Origin: an uncultured Candidatus Saccharibacteria bacterium
Lineage (GTDB): Bacteria > Patescibacteriota > Minisyncoccia > Phycocordibacterales > JAKAEA01
Reading direction: 5' to 3'
Assembly (NCBI GenBank): GCA_964532205.1
Contig: CAZHGQ010000001.1
Coordinates: 49,962-113,961 of the forward strand
Length of the DNA: 64,000 nt
Every line of letters begins with the position of its first letter. Within the stretch, counting starts at the first letter, position 1. Under the pieces are notes generated by a model. That model saw nothing but the letters and a program-made list of their open reading frames with translations, did no database searches and was not told the origin of the DNA. This document shows positions 59,157 through 64,000 of this stretch, in pieces. The position numbers were made by a program, and so were the translations under genes.

Positions 59157-60860
59157 TTATCGATCAGGTGGAATTTCGTAATAATTGATCAAAAATTTAG
59201 TTACATCGATAAAGGGCTTGGTCAGTGTATGTGAGGCGAATTCTACACCCTGCGGCTCAACTGTGTAAAGGAAGACCAAGAAGCGTGGGTTATACGATGG
59301 GAAATAGCCAAAGAACGAGTGTAGGAACTTATCTTCGTAATATTTACCACCCGGGCCAGCGATTTGAGCAGTACCGGTTTTAGCGGCAATACTATAATGC
59401 TCCATTTTTTCACTACCATTAAGTAATGCCGTATCAACAACAGTCGTCAACATACGAGAAATTTCTTTTGATGAACTTTCCTGAATCACCCGCTCGCCTT
59501 TTGGATATTCAATAGTGCGTGAAAAACCAACTTTGTAGTCAATTTGTTTAACAACGTGCGGCGTCACCAACACGCCACCATTAGCCAACACCGAAAGTGC
59601 TCGGGCAATTGAAACCGGACTGACAGCAATGCCCTGACCGAACGAGGCGGTCACGTGCTCAATATCACGAGGACTTTTGAGGTTAGCCACGAGCGGCGAC
59701 GCCTCGTTCGGCAAATCAATCCCCGTCTTCTTATCCAAACCAAAAGCATAGAAATAATCGGTAAAACGTTTATTGCCCAGTTTTTGCGAAACGTAAGCTA
59801 CACCGGTGTTGAGCGATTGATTCAAAACCTCCTGCATAGTGGTCTGGCCACGACCGCGTTGGTCATAGTTGTACACTGTTTTATTATTGAAAGTCACCGA
59901 ACCACTATCAAAATATGTGGTTTTGGCAGTTATCACGCCGGCGTCTAAGCCGGCGGCCACGGTCAGAGGTTTTACAATCGAACCCATTTCGTAGACATTT
60001 TGAACCAGTGGATTAGTAAAATATGAGACACTCTTTGTGTCCTGGAATGTATTTGGGTTGTACGATGGGTAAGCTCCCATGGCATAAATCTCGCCAGTTT
60101 TTGGATCAATAACAATTCCGCCCGTTACCTTTGAATTGTACAAAGCATTTGTAGCCTGTAATTGTTTTTCCAAATAGGCCTGCACAGTCGGTTCAATCGT
60201 TGAAACAATATCGCCTTCGGCCGTGCCAGTATCAGTAAATGTTTTATGGATATCAGAAAAAATTTCTGCAAAAAAGTTTACATACAGGTTATCGCTCGTG
60301 CGTTTAAGTGTCGTGTCATATTGATTTTCCAAACCATATCGGCCACCAAGTTCATCGCCCTTAAAACCAACGAAGCCAAGTACGTGGGCCGCCAATGTTT
60401 CACCGGGATAGTAACGCCACTTCTCTTTATATATATTTACACCCGGAATATTTAGCAGATCAACAGCTTTGGCCTTATCTGGATCAACTCGTTTGGCAAT
60501 TTCTTCGTAGGGATCATTCTGACGACTAGCCTTAGCCAAAAAATCATCTTTATTAATTTGTACCAAGGCCGAAATTTTCTGATACACAGCCTCAGGATTT
60601 TTCATGATCTTGGGGTTAATAGCAATCGTGTAGCCAGTCTTCAATGAAGCTGCAGCCATGTACGTACTGTCCTTTGATTGAAAAAAGATGGAACCACGAT
60701 CAAAAACACCGCCGACCGGCTGAGTATACTGCCGGTCGGCTTTTTCCGTAAATGCATTGCCTGAAACAATTTGCACAAAATACAACCGCGTTATAAGCAG
60801 GAGTGAGAACGCAATAAAACCAAGTGAAATCAGACGAATTCTAAATGTACGATCCTTCAT
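59157..60860 (-). CDS. ftsI: Class B penicillin-binding protein (FtsI-like)
   Basis: RGSIF, RYYP, YEMGSIVK, SLN, KTGT; in mraZ operon. Confidence 0.88.
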   Translation of the reverse strand: MKDRTFRIRLISLGFIAFSLLLITRLYFVQIVSGNAFTEKADRQYTQPVGGVFDRGSIFFQSKDSTYMAAASLKTGYTIAINPKIMKNPEAVYQKISALVQINKDDFLAKASRQNDPYEEIAKRVDPDKAKAVDLLNIPGVNIYKEKWRYYPGETLAAHVLGFVGFKGDELGGRYGLENQYDTTLKRTSDNLYVNFFAEIFSDIHKTFTDTGTAEGDIVSTIEPTVQAYLEKQLQATNALYNSKVTGGIVIDPKTGEIYAMGAYPSYNPNTFQDTKSVSYFTNPLVQNVYEMGSIVKPLTVAAGLDAGVITAKTTYFDSGSVTFNNKTVYNYDQRGRGQTTMQEVLNQSLNTGVAYVSQKLGNKRFTDYFYAFGLDKKTGIDLPNEASPLVANLKSPRDIEHVTASFGQGIAVSPVSIARALSVLANGGVLVTPHVVKQIDYKVGFSRTIEYPKGERVIQESSSKEISRMLTTVVDTALLNGSEKMEHYSIAAKTGTAQIAGPGGKYYEDKFLHSFFGYFPSYNPRFLVFLYTVEPQGVEFASHTLTKPFIDVTKFLINYYEIPPDR

Positions 60861-60908
60861 ACCGTAATAGTCAGTATATCACGGCTTAAAGCCGTGCTGT
60901 GTGAAAAA

Positions 60909-61238
60909 CTAGCGATTATACGTAAGAGTCTTGGAAACAGAAGCTCGGCTAAGAAAATGACTTGGCACCACATCCTCAAAACCCCGAGCATGAGCTAATT
61001 CGAGGGTAATACTACTCTTTAAATTCATATACTGAAATTCCAAGTCACCAACGGTACTTGAAAGTGAGGCAATTTCTTTTTCTGAATTCTGACGTGCCAC
61101 AACGTTCATGATTGTCTTATTGATCAAAACACCGTACAACACAAAAAGTGAAAGCAACACACTGGCTAGCATGAAGAATAGAACCTTAGCTGAAAAGAGT
61201 GAGAAAATATTTTTTGTGATGTGAAGTGTTTTTGTCAT
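60909..61238 (-). CDS. FtsL-like division protein
   Basis: TM + coiled coil + A..RGF; position between rsmH and ftsI. Confidence 0.65.
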   Translation of the reverse strand: MTKTLHITKNIFSLFSAKVLFFMLASVLLSLFVLYGVLINKTIMNVVARQNSEKEIASLSSTVGDLEFQYMNLKSSITLELAHARGFEDVVPSHFLSRASVSKTLTYNR

Positions 61239-62134
61239 TAATTTTTTTGTATTATTCGTAATTTGGCACTACGCGCTCGGCGATTTTCAGCCAGCTCTGC
61301 CTCCGAGGCAATAATTGGTTTTTTAGTTAAAATCGTACCTACACCATCTTTCTGCTGTTGTATAAAAAAGTGTTTAACGATCCGATCTTCTAAGCTATGA
61401 AAGGTAATGACGGCCATTCGTCCAGCGGGAGCTAAATGCTCAATACCCTTTTGTAAACCCCCTTGTAACGCTTGCAATTCGTCATTAACAGCGATACGTA
61501 GAGCTTGAAAGGTTCTGGTGGCTGGATGGAGTGGACCATGGTGATACCTCGCCGGAGTCGCCTCTAAAATAATTGCTACCAACTCGGCCGTAGTCTCGAT
61601 CGGCGCGAGTGCTCGAGAGTCAACTATTTTCTTAGCGATCCGGCGAGCGAATCGTTCCTCACCATAGCGTTCAATGATTGTCTGCAATGTCTGCTCACTC
61701 CACTCGTTGATAATGGTGCGAGCATCAAGATCTCCCTCTTGCGTGGTGCGGCGAAACGTCATTCGTAACGGTTCGTCCTGCTGGAAACTGAATCCCCTGC
61801 CCGATTGGGCAAACTGATCCGTTGACCAACCTAGATCGAGAAGGATTTTATTAACATGCGTCACCTGAAGATTGGCTAACGCAATGTCGAGATTGCGAAA
61901 GTTTTCTTCGATGAACGTCACATCCTTATCCCCGAAGGCGTTCAAACGCTCAGTAGAGCGGGCAATGGCATCAGCATCCAGATCCAGACCGATAACTCTA
62001 ACTCGTGAGCCGAACTGCTTCAGAATTTCCGCAGTATGGCCGGCAGAGCCGAGTGTTCCGTCAAGAACAATGTCGCCAGGTGCAAGTGCTAGACCTTGTA
62101 TTGCTTCATGTAAAAGAACGGGAATGTGGTTCAT
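61238..62134 (-). CDS. rsmH: 16S rRNA m4C1402 methyltransferase
   Basis: HIPVLL, DGTLGSAGH, RGFSF, FQALRIAVN, FHSLEDR. Confidence 0.97.
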   Translation of the reverse strand: MNHIPVLLHEAIQGLALAPGDIVLDGTLGSAGHTAEILKQFGSRVRVIGLDLDADAIARSTERLNAFGDKDVTFIEENFRNLDIALANLQVTHVNKILLDLGWSTDQFAQSGRGFSFQQDEPLRMTFRRTTQEGDLDARTIINEWSEQTLQTIIERYGEERFARRIAKKIVDSRALAPIETTAELVAIILEATPARYHHGPLHPATRTFQALRIAVNDELQALQGGLQKGIEHLAPAGRMAVITFHSLEDRIVKHFFIQQQKDGVGTILTKKPIIASEAELAENRRARSAKLRIIQKN

Positions 62135-62138
62135 ATAA

Positions 62139-62573
62139 TTAGAATGCACCGATCTCACCTAGTTTTTGAGCCAATGCATCAGCTTTGGCCAGAACACCTT
62201 TCTTGTATTCAAGCCATCGCGTTTCGTTCCACAATTCAATGCGGTTGTGCACACCGGTAAAAATTACTTTACTGGTCAGACCGGCGAATTCCTTCAAATA
62301 TTCCGGAATTAGCATACGGCCGACTGCGTCGATCTCTACTTCGGTTGCGCCCGCAAGCATGAATCGGTTGAATCCTCGTGAATCCGACTGACCCATGCTC
62401 AAGTTCGCAAGCTTTTCACTAATTTTTGTCCACTCCTTGAGCGAATACAGAAACAAACAGTTGTCTAAACCGTGGGTGACGATAATTTTTTTACCAACCT
62501 CTTTGCGGAATTTAACCGGCAAAGAAATTCGTTTTTTATCATCTATCGTATGTGTGTATTCGCCGATCAGCAT
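62139..62573 (-). CDS. mraZ: Transcriptional regulator MraZ
   Basis: GEY.HTIDDKKR..LP, D..GRMLIP, IELW. Confidence 0.97.
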   Translation of the reverse strand: MLIGEYTHTIDDKKRISLPVKFRKEVGKKIIVTHGLDNCLFLYSLKEWTKISEKLANLSMGQSDSRGFNRFMLAGATEVEIDAVGRMLIPEYLKEFAGLTSKVIFTGVHNRIELWNETRWLEYKKGVLAKADALAQKLGEIGAF

Positions 62574-62585
62574 GTTTCTTGATTT

Positions 62586-62610
62586 ACCACTTTATCCCAC
62601 TTGTTCCCAT
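62586..62610 (-). promoter_or_regulatory. MraZ operator: three (G/A)TGG(G/T) repeats at 10-bp period
   Basis: minus strand atggg-aacaa-gtggg-ataaa-gtggt immediately after TATAAT. Confidence 0.78.
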
Positions 62611-62711
62611 TATATACCGAAGGGTACCATTTGCCACCAGGGTTATCCACTGTTTTCCCCTGTTTTTTGCAATAGAAAACAGCTTTACATTTCTGTAAAG
62701 CTGTTTGTATT

Positions 62712-62930
62712 TTATGAAGCCTTTTTCGGCAAAAACCCCTTTAGCTCCTTGGCCAAATGCTGGCCTAATTGGTGTGAAATGACCGCTGCATCAAACCAGT
62801 CAAACGACAATTCGCGCCGGTTGACCATGTCAATAAGCGCATCGAGAACACCAGCCTCCTGTCCTGCTTCATAGGTGAAGCAAAATTGATGAACTCCCTT
62901 GACCATACTAATGGTCTTCATTTCCGCCAT
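62712..62930 (-). CDS. Small conserved-looking hypothetical protein (FDWFDAAV motif)
   Basis: AAAGGAG SD; own -10 (TAGAGT); inserted between lysS and mraZ. Confidence 0.75.
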   Translation of the reverse strand: MAEMKTISMVKGVHQFCFTYEAGQEAGVLDALIDMVNRRELSFDWFDAAVISHQLGQHLAKELKGFLPKKAS

Positions 62931-62970
62931 ACACACTCCTTTGTGTTAAACAACCTGACCGTACTCTACA

Positions 62971-64000
62971 CTATTCTTTTGGTCGCATCAATGGGAAAAT
63001 TTGAGTCTCACGAATTGGCTTGTTGACCAAGAATGAAAATAAGCGCTCGCTTATGCCAAAACCACAAGTTGGTGGCATACCGTGTTCAAGTGCTTCAACA
63101 AAGTCATAATCGTACATTTGCGCTTCATCATCCCCCGCTTCACGCAATTTAGCTTGCTCGGCAAAGCGTTCAGCTTGATCAATCGGATCATTTAATTCAC
63201 TATAGCCTTTGCCCATTTCACTACCAGCAATAATCGGCTGGAACTGCTGCACAATGTCGGGGTTATGTGGTTGTGATTTAGCCAATGGTGACATAACTTT
63301 TGGCACATTGACCAAAAAACCAGGACCACCAAGCTGCTTGCGGCAATATTTCCAAAGATTATCGATGGCTCGTGTAATATTCCAACCCTTTTTATCAAAC
63401 TCAACATGCAATTCTTTGAGTCGCTGTTCGATGCCTTCTATTTTGGCAGTATTTACATCAATTCCAGTGATGTTTTTAATGGTTTCAACATAATCGTACT
63501 CTACCCATTTAGCGCCAAGATCAACTTCAAATTCACCGATGGTAAATTTGAGTGTGCCAAATGTCTGTTCAGCAACATATTTATACATGCGCTCTACAAG
63601 CTCCATGCCTTTTTTGTAATCGGCATATCCCCAGTAAAATTCCATCTGGGTGTAGTCTTGAGCGTGTTCAGCAGACATACCTTCATTGCGGAAAATGCGA
63701 CCGATTTCAAAAACTTTTGGATAACCAGCAACCATTAAGCGTTTCTGCCACAATTCACCAGCTGAGATTCGTAGATAAACATCAATATCGAGGGCGTTGT
63801 GATGTGTTTCAAATGGTCGGGCATCTGCACCACCAGTTGTATTTTCCAAAACTGGTGTTTCAACTTCCAAAAAACCTTCTTTGATAAGAAATTCGCGCAT
63901 CGACTGCCAGAACTTAGCCTTTTTGATAAATAAATCTTTGAGTTCCTGATCAAATAAAATGTCGAGGTAGCGCTTGCGCAGACGTTCATCAATATCTTGT
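62971..64000 (-). CDS. lysS: Lysine--tRNA ligase class II, 5' end outside window
   Basis: GGADARPF.THHN, GRIFRNEG, YSELNDP, GMPPTCGFG. Confidence 0.97.
   Translation of the reverse strand, partial: QDIDERLRKRYLDILFDQELKDLFIKKAKFWQSMREFLIKEGFLEVETPVLENTTGGADARPFETHHNALDIDVYLRISAGELWQKRLMVAGYPKVFEIGRIFRNEGMSAEHAQDYTQMEFYWGYADYKKGMELVERMYKYVAEQTFGTLKFTIGEFEVDLGAKWVEYDYVETIKNITGIDVNTAKIEGIEQRLKELHVEFDKKGWNITRAIDNLWKYCRKQLGGPGFLVNVPKVMSPLAKSQPHNPDIVQQFQPIIAGSEMGKGYSELNDPIDQAERFAEQAKLREAGDDEAQMYDYDFVEALEHGMPPTCGFGISERLFSFLVNKPIRETQIFPLMRPKE

Overview
64-kb fragment of a small-genome bacterium that looks like Patescibacteria/CPR (Parcubacteria-like; inferred from gene content and style, standard code with TGA as stop). 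The backbone is housekeeping: grpE-dnaK-dnaJ, trpS, non-discriminating aspS, scpAB, dac-mraY-ftsW-murG, a lexA/umuD-like + Y-family polymerase SOS cassette, rpmA, rplI, cysS, dnaB, recR, rplU, rmuC, a type IV pilus cluster, tRNA-Glu(CUC), mraZ-rsmH-ftsL-ftsI-murF and partial lysS. The most interesting parts are mostly below the ORF-track cutoff. (1) A radical SAM/SPASM gene is followed by an unannotated 56-aa peptide whose core has three interleaved CX3D motifs, a candidate ranthipeptide-type RiPP. (2) A PaaK-like ligase / Rv1355c-like ThiF / 2x TrmB / nitroreductase / 7TM sensor kinase locus is preceded by a leaderless 28-aa peptide plus terminator, a candidate signal-synthesis and sensing system. 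(3) Three tandem promoter-terminator RNA units lie between trpS and aspS, one a short T-box riboswitch. (4) Core genes look leaderless, while inserted accessory genes have Shine-Dalgarno leaders. (5) There are several further small ORFs, two sigma-region-2-only proteins, and possible host-derived genes. All homology calls come from reading motifs, not database searches.
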